This document shows positions 1-8,827 of a DNA stretch of 64,000 nucleotides, in pieces. How positions within the stretch are numbered: the first letter of the stretch is position 1; the number at the start of each line of letters is the position of its first letter. Source of the DNA: an uncultured delta proteobacterium. GTDB taxonomy: Bacteria > Myxococcota_A > Polyangia > Palsa-1104. The stretch spans positions 96,001 to 160,000 of the forward strand of contig CAWAWS010000033.1 of NCBI GenBank assembly GCA_963785725.1. The letters are read 5' to 3'. Below the pieces are notes generated by a model. The model saw nothing but the letters and a program-made list of their open reading frames with translations, ran no database searches and was not told the origin of the DNA. Position numbers and translations under genes: made by a program.

Positions 1-101
1 TGTGCGTCTCCGGCAGCTGCCAGCCGAGCTGGGGCGGCGACAGCGTGCTCGGGAATCTGCAGTCGCTCAAGATGCAGATGGACGCGCTGCACACGCAATA
101 G
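1..101 (+). CDS. C-terminal fragment of an upstream gene (partial, unknown product)
   Basis: Open frame from position 3 (CVSGSCQPSWGGDSVLGNLQSLKMQMDALHTQ) with GC3-rich codons, ending TAG at 99-101. Confidence 0.55.
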   Translation, partial: CVSGSCQPSWGGDSVLGNLQSLKMQMDALHTQ

Positions 102-242
102 CCGCGGCGCCGCCTGCTCGTCGGTTCAGTATCAGCCCAAATCGCGACTAGTTTCGCGCTCCAACGAAGGACGATTCGGCGACGTCTCGGTTACGAACGC
201 CACCGCTGACACGCCGCCGTTCGACTATACTCGCGCCCGAAT

Positions 243-1352
243 ATGCGCCCTCTGCCACGTGTTCCGCAGATCGACGTTCTGCGCGCCATCGCGATTTTGC
301 TCGTGCTGTTGCAGCACTTTGGCCCGCAAGGCATGTGGATTCATCAGGTCGGCTGGACCGGCGTCGACCTGTTCTTCGTTTTGAGCGGCTTCCTCGTCAG
401 CGGGTTGCTTTTCCGCGAGATGGATCGCTTCGGTGACGTCGAGCCCAAGCGCTTCCTCATTCGCCGCGGCTACAAAATCTATCCGACCTTCTGGATCATG
501 ATCACGGCCACGATCGTGTTGCGGCTCTGCTATCGCGAGCACATGACGTGGCAGGCGATCGTCTGCGAGCTCGTGTTCCTGCAGAACTATGGGCAGTCGC
601 TGTGGTCGCCGACGTGGTCGCTGGCCGTCGAAGAGCACTTCTATTTGCTGCTGGCGCTGGGCTTTTACTGGTACGGCAAGCGGCAGCCGCGTTTCAGCGA
701 GCGCAAAGGCCTGTTGCTCGCGGGCGCGTTCTTGCTGCTGATTCTCGCGGTGCGCACGGCGACGGTGCTGACGGTGAAATCGGGCGCGCGTTGGGTCACG
801 TGGGGCACGCACGTGCGGCTCGACTCGCTGGCGTTCGGTACGATCTTGGCGTACGTCCATCATCGCCATCGCAACGCGCTGCGCAGCTTCGTGCAGCGGC
901 ATTGGCTGTGGATGCTGCCGCTCGGCATCGCCATGGTCTGCCACGTCTTCGTGTTCGACATGGGCACCGTCTTCATGCGGACGATCGGCTACACGCTGCT
1001 CTATCTCGGCTACAGCGGCATCATGCTGACGACGCTGTTCATGCTGCCGGCGACGGACGCGGTCTCGCGCTTCTTGGCGGCGATCGGACGCAACTCCTAC
1101 GGCATCTATATCTGGCACATGCCGTTCTTCACGCTCGTCGTCGACAAGCTGGTCGGCTGGCACGTGTTGCCGAAGCCGCTGACGCGCACGCTGCCGTTTT
1201 ATCTCGTCGTCTGCATCGGCGCCGGCATCGTGCTGACGCGGCTCATCGAGGCGCCGTTCTTGGTCAAGCGCGATCGGCTGTGGCCCAATCGCAAGCCGGC
1301 GCCCGTGCCGGTGCCGATGGAAGCCGAGCCGCGCGAGCGCGCCGCCGTTTGA
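243..1352 (+). CDS. Acyltransferase family 3 (OafA/OatA-like) integral membrane O-acyltransferase
   Basis: IDVLRAIAILLV, GVDLFFVLSGFL, RRGYKIYP, TWSLAVEEHFYL and SYGIYIWH motifs; about 10 hydrophobic segments. Confidence 0.92.
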   Translation: MRPLPRVPQIDVLRAIAILLVLLQHFGPQGMWIHQVGWTGVDLFFVLSGFLVSGLLFREMDRFGDVEPKRFLIRRGYKIYPTFWIMITATIVLRLCYREHMTWQAIVCELVFLQNYGQSLWSPTWSLAVEEHFYLLLALGFYWYGKRQPRFSERKGLLLAGAFLLLILAVRTATVLTVKSGARWVTWGTHVRLDSLAFGTILAYVHHRHRNALRSFVQRHWLWMLPLGIAMVCHVFVFDMGTVFMRTIGYTLLYLGYSGIMLTTLFMLPATDAVSRFLAAIGRNSYGIYIWHMPFFTLVVDKLVGWHVLPKPLTRTLPFYLVVCIGAGIVLTRLIEAPFLVKRDRLWPNRKPAPVPVPMEAEPRERAAV

Positions 1353-4300
1353 TCAGCCGCTGAAACCGGGGACGAGGAGCGCGGTCATGCGCTCGGGCAC
1401 GCGGACGCCGAGCGCGGCCCAGCTGCGATCGGCGGCGTGCAGCGCGGTCGAGTCGCCGGCCAGCTGCGCGCGGGCGCGATCGGCGGCGACGGCGAAGTGG
1501 CCCATCGACGCGGCTCGCAAGCGGCCGCGCGCGTCGTCGAGCAGCGCCAGCGCGCGATCGGGCTGACCGCGGCGCCGGGCGACGGCGGCCAAGCCGAGCG
1601 TCGCCAGCGGCGACGACCAGGGCAGACGATGGCGCAAGATGCGGTTGGCGAGGCGCTCGGCGGCGGCGAGGCGCGCCGTCGTGCCCGCGCGACCGTCGGC
1701 GCAGGCGAGCGCGCAGCGCATCTTGAGCGTCAACAGATCGAGCCGGAGCGGATGCACCTCGAGCAAGAGCGAGCGACCGAGCGCCGGCCAATGCCGTTCG
1801 AGCAGCGCGTAGGCGGCGTCGCTGCGACCTTCGTAGAGCGCCAGCTGCGCGTGCGCGTGCAGGCCGAGCGCATGCTGCACGTGCATGCCGGCGTTGGGCC
1901 AGCCGGCGACGGCGGCCGCGACCGCGCGCCGCGTGGCCACCGGCTCGTCGGCGGCGAGGCCAGGCAGCACGTTCCAGCCGGTGCGCAGGACGCAGGCCGA
2001 GTAGCGGTCACCGCGCGCTTCGGCGGCGTCGAGCATGAGCGGCAGCCGGCGCGACAGCTCGGGCAGCTCGCCCAGCCAGCCCAGCGTCTGCAGCTGGAAG
2101 AAGCCGACGTTGGTCAGCTCCCAGGCCACGTGATCGCAGCGCGCGCGCAGCAGCCGCTCGGCCTCGTTCCACAGCGTGCGCGCGGCGATGAATTGACCGC
2201 TGAACTGCGTCTGAATCGCGCGCGACATGCAGAGGAGCGCGTCGAGATAGGGCGAGCCGAGGCGGCGCACGATCGGCTCGGCCTCGTCGGTGAGCCGGCG
2301 CGCCAAGCGCCGCGCCATGGCGCCGCGCGACGTCAACAGGAACGTCTCGACGAGCAGCGCGCGGGCGACGCGATAGGGCTCGCCGCCGCGCAACGCCAAG
2401 AGCAGGTGACGCTCTTGGAAGACCGCGCCTTGGATGTGATCGATCGTCGACAGGCCGACGCCGATGGACCAGCAGGTGTCGATGCGGGCGCGCTCGATCG
2501 GCGACAAGGTCGCGGCGTCGCGCTCGACGAAGCGGAAGCGTCGCAGCCGCAGCTGCGCCATGCGCGCCACCAGCTCGAACAGCGCCGCCGCCGGCGTCTC
2601 CGGCATGCGCAGCCCGACCGCGGACATGACCGAGCGCAACAGCGCCATCGCCTCGTCGAGACGGCCGACGCGCAAGAGCTGCTCGGCGGCGCGACGACGC
2701 AGATCGAGCGCGCCGAGGGGCGACGGCTCGGACGCGGCCGCCGCTTCGTAGGCGCGCGCCGCCGCTTCGCCGCGACCGCCGTTGGCGAGCGCGTCGCCGA
2801 GCTTGATCTGCAGCGCGCCCGCGTCGGCACCGCCACTGTCGCCGGCGAGCGCCAGGCACTCTTGAAACAGGCGGGCCGCGCGATCGAAGGCCAACACTTG
2901 CCGCGCGCGATCGGCGGCGAGCGCGAAATAGTGCGCGGCGCGCGCGCGCTGACCGGCGGCGCGAAAGTGCATGGCCAGCGTCTCGGCGTCGCCGCGCTCT
3001 TGCCGCTCGAAGGCGCGCGCCAGCTGCTCGTGCCAATGACGCTCGGCGCCGGCGACGAGCTTCGCCTTGACCGTCTCGCGCACGCGATCGTGATAGGTCT
3101 CGACGCGATCGCTCGGCCGCGCGCCCGTCGAACGCACCAAGAATGACGCGCGCAAGAAGGCCAATTGCCGCTCGAGCTCACTCCATCCGAGATCGACGGC
3201 GGCCGCGGCCACGTCCTGCTCGAGCGGACCGCCGGCGACGGCGACGAGCTCGAGCAGCCGGCGCGCGCCGTCGGGCAGGCGCGCAATGCGCGCGGCCAAG
3301 GCGTCCTCGAGCCGCGCCGGACCGCGGGCGCTGCCGACGGCCAGGCGATGTTGCACGAGCGCCTCGATGAACAGCGGATGGCCGGCCGCTTCGCGCGCGA
3401 CGTCGTCGGTGAGCGGCGGCAAGGACGAGTCGCGCAGGAGCTCGGCGGCGAGCAAGCGCGCTTCGTCGGGCGGCAAGAGGTCGAGCGACAGGCGGCGCAC
3501 GTCGCCGGGCAGACAGGCGGCCACTTCGTCGACGGGCACGCCGACGTCGCGGCGCAGCGTCGCCACCAGCAGCACCGGCGGCGCGTTCGGCGGATCGAGC
3601 AGCGCCTCCAGCAGCAAGAGGCTCTCTTCGTCGGCCCAGTGCAGATCGTCGATGTGCACGATCGTGAGGCGCTGCGCGGCCAAGCGGCGCAGGATTTCGC
3701 GCAGCGTGGCGAACACGGCGCGACGCAGCTGCTGCGGCTCGCCTTTCGGCACGTTCGCCGGCGCGTGCCCGTTGGCGAGCGGCGCCAGCACCGGGAAGAT
3801 CTGCGCCAGCGCGCCCATGTCCGACGGCAAGAAGTCGGCGGCGTCGGCGGGCGGCAGCGCCGACAAGTGGCGGCTGAGCGCGTCCACGATCTCGTCGAAC
3901 GCCTTGTAGGGCACGCTCTCGCGCTCGTAGCAGCGGCCGCGCAAGACGAGCGCGTCACCGGCGCCGCGCACGCGCTGACAGAACTCGTGCACGAGCGCCG
4001 TCTTGCCGACGCCCGATTCGCCATCGATGAGCAGCGACACGGTGTGGCCGTGCGCGACGTGGGCCAGCGCGCCGTGCAGCTGCTCGAGCGGCTGCTTGCG
4101 GCCGACGAAGCGCGGCGCGGCGTCCGGCGTCTCGGAGCTGGCCGGCGCCGGCGCGGCGGCGCGCAGCCACTGCAGGACTTGGCGACCGCTCGGCCGCGCT
4201 TCCGGCGCCCGCCGCAGCAAGGCCAGGCACAGCTCGTCGAGATCGGCCGGCACCGACGGAATCAGCGTGCGCGGCGCGATCGGATCGACCGAGCGCTTGA

Positions 4301-5204
4301 GCGTCAGCACCTCCGGCGGCGGCCCGGCGAACGGCACGCGACCGGTGAGCGCGAGGTAGAGCAGCATGCCGACCGAGTACCAATCGGCGGCCGGCGTAAT
4401 CGGCGCCACCGTGCCCTGCTCCGGCGCCATGAAGGCGACGGTGCCGGCCAGGTCGCCTTCGTCGCTGGGCGCGCGCGTCACGTCGGCGACGAGCCCGAAG
4501 TCCAAGATGGCGACGCGACCGGCCGGCGTGACCAGAATGTTCGACGGCTTGATATCGCGATGGACCTTGCCGGCGCGGTGCAGCGCCAGAAGGCCATGGA
4601 CGAGCTGCTCGAGGCTGGCGCGCAGCTTGGCTTCGTCGCAGCGGCCGGCGCGCGGCGGCGCCGCGTCGTCCACGAAACCGGTGAGGCGGCCGTCGTCGGT
4701 GTCGGCTTCGCCGAGCCGCATCCCGTCGCCGCGCACGTGCTCCAAGAAGTCGACGCCTTCGACGAGCTCCATCGTGAAGAACCAGCGCCCGGCGTCCTGC
4801 ATGAGCTCGCCCAAGCCGACCAAGTTGGGGTGCTCGATGCCGCGGAGGGCGCGGAACTCGTGCTTGAAGCGCAACAGCGAGCCGTTGCTGCGGGCGGCGA
4901 TCGTCTTCAAGGCCACGCGCGCGCCGCTGTCGCGATCGAGCGCTTCGTAGACGACGCCCATGCCGCCTTCGCCGAGCCGCTTGACGACGGCGAAGCGCGC
5001 CGTGCCCGTGAACTCCTCGTCGGCCATGCTGCCGTCGGCGGCGACGGGCATGACGAACGTCGAGCGCGCCTGCTCGAGCAGCGGGCGACAGGTCTGGCAC
5101 TGGCTGGCGTGGCGTTCGAGCTGCGCGCGTTCGTGGCTCGACAGCCAGCCACGCAGGCTGGCCGCCGCCCGATCGCCGTCGAAGCACGCCCCGTCCGCGT
5201 CCAT
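1353..5204 (-). CDS. Ser/Thr protein kinase with N-terminal HxxxCxxC zinc finger, AAA_16/STAND-like P-loop NTPase and C-terminal helical (TPR-like) region
   Basis: LGEGGMGVVY, VALK, HRDIKPSN, DFG, GTVAFMAPE; Walker A GESGVGKT; Walker B IDDLHWAD; N-terminal LERHASQCQTC; no TM segment; start codon uncertain (5204 or 5243). Confidence 0.9.
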   Translation of the reverse strand: MDADGACFDGDRAAASLRGWLSSHERAQLERHASQCQTCRPLLEQARSTFVMPVAADGSMADEEFTGTARFAVVKRLGEGGMGVVYEALDRDSGARVALKTIAARSNGSLLRFKHEFRALRGIEHPNLVGLGELMQDAGRWFFTMELVEGVDFLEHVRGDGMRLGEADTDDGRLTGFVDDAAPPRAGRCDEAKLRASLEQLVHGLLALHRAGKVHRDIKPSNILVTPAGRVAILDFGLVADVTRAPSDEGDLAGTVAFMAPEQGTVAPITPAADWYSVGMLLYLALTGRVPFAGPPPEVLTLKRSVDPIAPRTLIPSVPADLDELCLALLRRAPEARPSGRQVLQWLRAAAPAPASSETPDAAPRFVGRKQPLEQLHGALAHVAHGHTVSLLIDGESGVGKTALVHEFCQRVRGAGDALVLRGRCYERESVPYKAFDEIVDALSRHLSALPPADAADFLPSDMGALAQIFPVLAPLANGHAPANVPKGEPQQLRRAVFATLREILRRLAAQRLTIVHIDDLHWADEESLLLLEALLDPPNAPPVLLVATLRRDVGVPVDEVAACLPGDVRRLSLDLLPPDEARLLAAELLRDSSLPPLTDDVAREAAGHPLFIEALVQHRLAVGSARGPARLEDALAARIARLPDGARRLLELVAVAGGPLEQDVAAAAVDLGWSELERQLAFLRASFLVRSTGARPSDRVETYHDRVRETVKAKLVAGAERHWHEQLARAFERQERGDAETLAMHFRAAGQRARAAHYFALAADRARQVLAFDRAARLFQECLALAGDSGGADAGALQIKLGDALANGGRGEAAARAYEAAAASEPSPLGALDLRRRAAEQLLRVGRLDEAMALLRSVMSAVGLRMPETPAAALFELVARMAQLRLRRFRFVERDAATLSPIERARIDTCWSIGVGLSTIDHIQGAVFQERHLLLALRGGEPYRVARALLVETFLLTSRGAMARRLARRLTDEAEPIVRRLGSPYLDALLCMSRAIQTQFSGQFIAARTLWNEAERLLRARCDHVAWELTNVGFFQLQTLGWLGELPELSRRLPLMLDAAEARGDRYSACVLRTGWNVLPGLAADEPVATRRAVAAAVAGWPNAGMHVQHALGLHAHAQLALYEGRSDAAYALLERHWPALGRSLLLEVHPLRLDLLTLKMRCALACADGRAGTTARLAAAERLANRILRHRLPWSSPLATLGLAAVARRRGQPDRALALLDDARGRLRAASMGHFAVAADRARAQLAGDSTALHAADRSWAALGVRVPERMTALLVPGFSG

Positions 5205-5308
5205 CCCGGTCGGCAGACTACCCGCGCCGGCGCGCCAATTCAACGGCCGCGGCGGCGCCGCCGCCCGTCAGTGACCGGTGGTCATCGAGTCGGCAGAGCC
5301 GACCCCGA

Positions 5309-5518
5309 TCAGCGAGGCGTCGGCAGCGGCGCCAGCGGCACGCCGCCGATGGGCGTCACGCGGCGGATGCGCTGCTCGGCCACGCGCGCGGCAAAACAGG
5401 CGCCGCACAAGGTACAGCGCGTCGACAAGCCGTTCGTCTCGACGGCGATGAGCGCCGGAGCCGCGTGGCAGCTGCTGCAAATCGCCGGCAGCATGGGCGC
5501 GCTTTTCGTTCGCGACAT
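5309..5518 (-). CDS. Small Cys-rich putative zinc-binding protein (69 aa)
   Basis: CSSCH...RCTLCGAC; same strand as neighbours; preceded by an AT-rich promoter-like stretch. Confidence 0.45.
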   Translation of the reverse strand: MSRTKSAPMLPAICSSCHAAPALIAVETNGLSTRCTLCGACFAARVAEQRIRRVTPIGGVPLAPLPTPR

Positions 5519-5588
5519 CCATTTGGAATAGTCGCTCGGGAGGCGAATGTAAATACGGCTTAAGACCGACATATCGACCTGTAATCCC

Positions 5589-5604
5589 ATCATAAATGTA
5601 TGAT
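5589..5604. promoter_or_regulatory. Palindromic operator-like site ATCATA-N4-TATGAT
   Basis: atcataaatgtatgat in the AT-rich gap between the oxidase and the small ORF/kinase. Confidence 0.4.
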
Positions 5605-5648
5605 TGACCCGCTCTGAATTCAGGCGGCGAGAACGCCCATCGTCGGGT

Positions 5649-7001
5649 CTAGCGTTGGCCGAGCTGAAACACCGAGCTCTCGAGGAAATCGTTGAGGAAG
5701 ATGCGGTCGGGATCGAACTGCTGCCGAATTTCCAGGAAGCGATCCATCTGCGGATAGCGCGCCTTGATCTGCTCGGGACGCAGGATGTATTTGCCCCAGT
5801 GCGGCCGCGCCGTCGCGAACTGCAGCATCGTGTTCGTATAGTCGAGATAAAAGGGCTCGATGTTGGGCGTACCGGTGCAGGTCACGGCCTCGATGTCGCA
5901 GATCGGCCGACCATAAGCCGGCGACAGCAGCGCCTGCGACAGGCCGATGAAGCGCGAGTGAACGACCATGTTGACCGGATATTGCGGCGGCGAGCGGCGC
6001 GCGTAGGACGTGACCAGATCCATCGCCGCGCGCCACGCGTCCGCGGAATCCTCGAGCGGCACGCCCCACGACATGTCCCAATTCTTCGGATAGGCCTGCT
6101 GATAGTGGAACTCGACCGAGCTCGGCTCGACGCGCACGCCCGGCCGCACGGCGAAGAACGGCGCCACCTTCATGAACAGCGGCGTCAGCTGCGGAAGATA
6201 GCGCGCCGTCAGCGGCAAGATCACCTGGCCCGAGAACATCGTGGCGATGTAATCGAGCACGTTCTGCTCGATGCCGTGCAAGGTCGTGGCGTCCGACGGC
6301 TCGTTGGTGCGGTTCATGAGCTTGCACCACATGGTGTCGGCGCCGGGAAACCAGAAGAGCTCGACGAAATCGTAAGAGGCGAGCATGTCGTTCAACCCGC
6401 TCAGGACTTCGCGGCGCGAGATGAAGCGATCTTCGACGTGGACGTTGTAGGCCGGATGCATGCGCAGCTTGGCCGAGTAGATGATGCCCATCGAGCCGAG
6501 GGCGACGCGCGCGGCGTCGAGGACGTCGCCGTGATGCTGCTCGATGTAGTGCGGCGTCCCCGAGGCGTCGACGATCGTCATGGCGATGACTTCGTCGGAG
6601 ATCGTCGACGAATGCAGGCCCGTGCCGTGCGCGCCGACGCCGATGGCGCCGCCCATGGCCACGCCTTGGAAGATCGTGGGCGTGATGATCGACAGCTCGT
6701 GCGTCTCGGTGAACGACACGAGCTCGCGCATCGACACGCCGCACTCGACGGTCACCGACGGATTCGGCCCCGAATCATCGAGTGACAGGCAGCGCGTCAG
6801 CTTCGACAGGTCGATGATGCTGCCCGTCGTCGGCACGAGCGGGCTCCACGAGCAGCTGTTGCCGGCGACGCGCACGCGACCGTTCTTGGCCGCCGTCTTG
6901 ACGTCCTCGCACAGCTCGTCGAGGCCGCCCGGCTGATAGAGATCGGCGGTGCAGCTGAGGTTCTGGTTCCAGTTGGTCCACTGAAAGTTGGGCGTTGGCA
7001 T
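5649..7001 (-). CDS. FAD-linked aldonolactone oxidase family protein (L-gulonolactone/D-arabinono-1,4-lactone oxidase-like, VAO/PCMH fold)
   Basis: WTNWNQN start, GGAIGVGAHGTG, ALGSMGII, LLSPAYGR, ARPHWGK, FDPDRIFLN. Confidence 0.9.
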   Translation of the reverse strand: MPTPNFQWTNWNQNLSCTADLYQPGGLDELCEDVKTAAKNGRVRVAGNSCSWSPLVPTTGSIIDLSKLTRCLSLDDSGPNPSVTVECGVSMRELVSFTETHELSIITPTIFQGVAMGGAIGVGAHGTGLHSSTISDEVIAMTIVDASGTPHYIEQHHGDVLDAARVALGSMGIIYSAKLRMHPAYNVHVEDRFISRREVLSGLNDMLASYDFVELFWFPGADTMWCKLMNRTNEPSDATTLHGIEQNVLDYIATMFSGQVILPLTARYLPQLTPLFMKVAPFFAVRPGVRVEPSSVEFHYQQAYPKNWDMSWGVPLEDSADAWRAAMDLVTSYARRSPPQYPVNMVVHSRFIGLSQALLSPAYGRPICDIEAVTCTGTPNIEPFYLDYTNTMLQFATARPHWGKYILRPEQIKARYPQMDRFLEIRQQFDPDRIFLNDFLESSVFQLGQR

Positions 7002-7010
7002 CCGTCACCC

Positions 7011-8795
7011 TCAGATGTTGATCGAGTTGGGAACCAGCGACGGCAACAGATACTGATACGGCCGCGGTCGCGTGCGATTTCGTTCGGTGATGGTCGCCTG
7101 AATCTCCGCCAGCCCCGCGTGCAGCCGCGCGATGGCGTCTTTGGCGACCGCGACTTTGCCGAGCGGGTAGTGGTCGTACTCGCCGAAGCGATCGTAGCGA
7201 TAATTGGCGATCTGATTGTTCTCGAACTGATCGGCGGCGACGTCGATCGGCGGCAGCGTGTCGATGATTCGATGCGGCGTCACCGTCTCGGTCTCGGGCG
7301 GCGGCAGGATGGGCGCGCCCGGAAACGCCGGGATATACGTGAAGTAGTCGGTCTGCGGATAGTGCACCGCCGCGTGGCCGGGGCCGGCCATGAACAGGAA
7401 CTGCGTCAGCACGCGCGCCAGCTCGGGCACGCTCGACAAGCGGTCGCCGGCGAAGAGGCCGCGCAAGTTGCCGCCGTCGGGCGCTTGCAGCTCGCGCGCC
7501 CACGCTTGCAGCTCCCAGTCGCTCGGGATGTCGTTGATGCCGTGATAGAACTGCTGCAAGTAGTCGTTCACGAAGCGCTCGATCACCGGCAGCCACAAGC
7601 GCGCGTCGTCACGATAGGGATACTCGCGCGGCTGCTCGCCGACGCCGCGCGCGTCGAGGTCGTGCTCGAGCGCCAGGTCGTTCAGCGTCCACGTTTCATA
7701 GGACGTGATCATGATCTGGCGCGTCTCGCACAATTCGCCCGCGTAGATCTCGTCGAAGACGCTGCCCGGCGTGTTCATGAGCTGAAAGGCCTTGCCGTTG
7801 ACCGCCAGCGTGTAGGCGAGGTGCGGCTCGAGCAGCACGTAAATCGGATGCGTCGGCGACAGCTGCCGCCGCGTCGTGAGCGCGAACGGCTCCGCCGAAT
7901 AGTGGTGACGATAGAGGTGCACCGACATCGCCTGCAGGTTGAACTCGGCCGCCTCCACGAACGTCTTCGCGAGCAGCCAGCGCTCGTCCTTGTCCGAGCG
8001 CAGATAGAGCGGATTGGGCGCCGCCGCGTCCTTCTGATCGCAGGAGATGGCGACGGGCACGAGCTCGCAGAAGGCGTCGTCGCCGGGCCGCTGGCAAAAG
8101 AGCGCGACCGGGCAGGGCAGGTATTTGCCGCGCCAGCGCGAGTCGCGGCGGCTCGACGTCTGCGGAATGAGCGAGCGCTGCAGGATGCGATAGTCGGCAA
8201 TGAACAGATTGCCGGCGGCCAAGTCGTCGGCCATCGTGCGCGACGGGCCCATCACCGAGCGATATTGCTCTTCGGTGATCGGCATCGTCGCTTGCAGCTC
8301 GTCGATCGAGCGCACGCGCGCCAACAAGAGCGGATTGGGACCGTCGACGCGATTGCGCGCGAAGAAGCCGTCCTCGCGCCAGCGCTCCACTTCGGGCGGC
8401 GGCGGGAGATCGAAGAGGCGGCTGAAGAGGCGGCGAAACGCCTTCATCTTGTCGACGGGCGCGCCCAAAAACGCGCGCAAGCCCCACCAGGCCTTCTTCA
8501 GCTCGGTGTCGGCCAGGGCGCGCAAATAGGTCGGCAAAAAAGGCAGCGCCCAGCTCAGCCCATAGTTCTCCCAAATCGGGAATCGGTCGGCGATGGCGAT
8601 GGGCGCGAGCGAGTTGTAGCGGCGATCTTGCGGCAAATAGGAGTACAGCGAGCGGATGACGTCGAGCGCCAGCGCGCGCTTGTTGGGATGCGGATCGCGC
8701 TGCGGCAAACACGGCGCCGGCATCCCCGAACGACCGACCGGCAACTCGTAGCGGACCTTGAGCAAGAGCGCTTCCAGCGTCTGGACCAAAGGCAT
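7011..8795 (-). CDS. lox: Lipoxygenase (non-haem iron), no signal peptide
   Basis: WREDGFFARNRVDGPNP, WLLAK, VHLYRHH, HPIYVLLEPH, YPYRDDA, HAAVHY, C-terminal NSINI; SD AGGAGG. Confidence 0.95.
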   Translation of the reverse strand: MPLVQTLEALLLKVRYELPVGRSGMPAPCLPQRDPHPNKRALALDVIRSLYSYLPQDRRYNSLAPIAIADRFPIWENYGLSWALPFLPTYLRALADTELKKAWWGLRAFLGAPVDKMKAFRRLFSRLFDLPPPPEVERWREDGFFARNRVDGPNPLLLARVRSIDELQATMPITEEQYRSVMGPSRTMADDLAAGNLFIADYRILQRSLIPQTSSRRDSRWRGKYLPCPVALFCQRPGDDAFCELVPVAISCDQKDAAAPNPLYLRSDKDERWLLAKTFVEAAEFNLQAMSVHLYRHHYSAEPFALTTRRQLSPTHPIYVLLEPHLAYTLAVNGKAFQLMNTPGSVFDEIYAGELCETRQIMITSYETWTLNDLALEHDLDARGVGEQPREYPYRDDARLWLPVIERFVNDYLQQFYHGINDIPSDWELQAWARELQAPDGGNLRGLFAGDRLSSVPELARVLTQFLFMAGPGHAAVHYPQTDYFTYIPAFPGAPILPPPETETVTPHRIIDTLPPIDVAADQFENNQIANYRYDRFGEYDHYPLGKVAVAKDAIARLHAGLAEIQATITERNRTRPRPYQYLLPSLVPNSINI

Positions 8796-8827
8796 GCGCA
8801 GTCCTCCTGACGAGCGTTATCCAGCGT

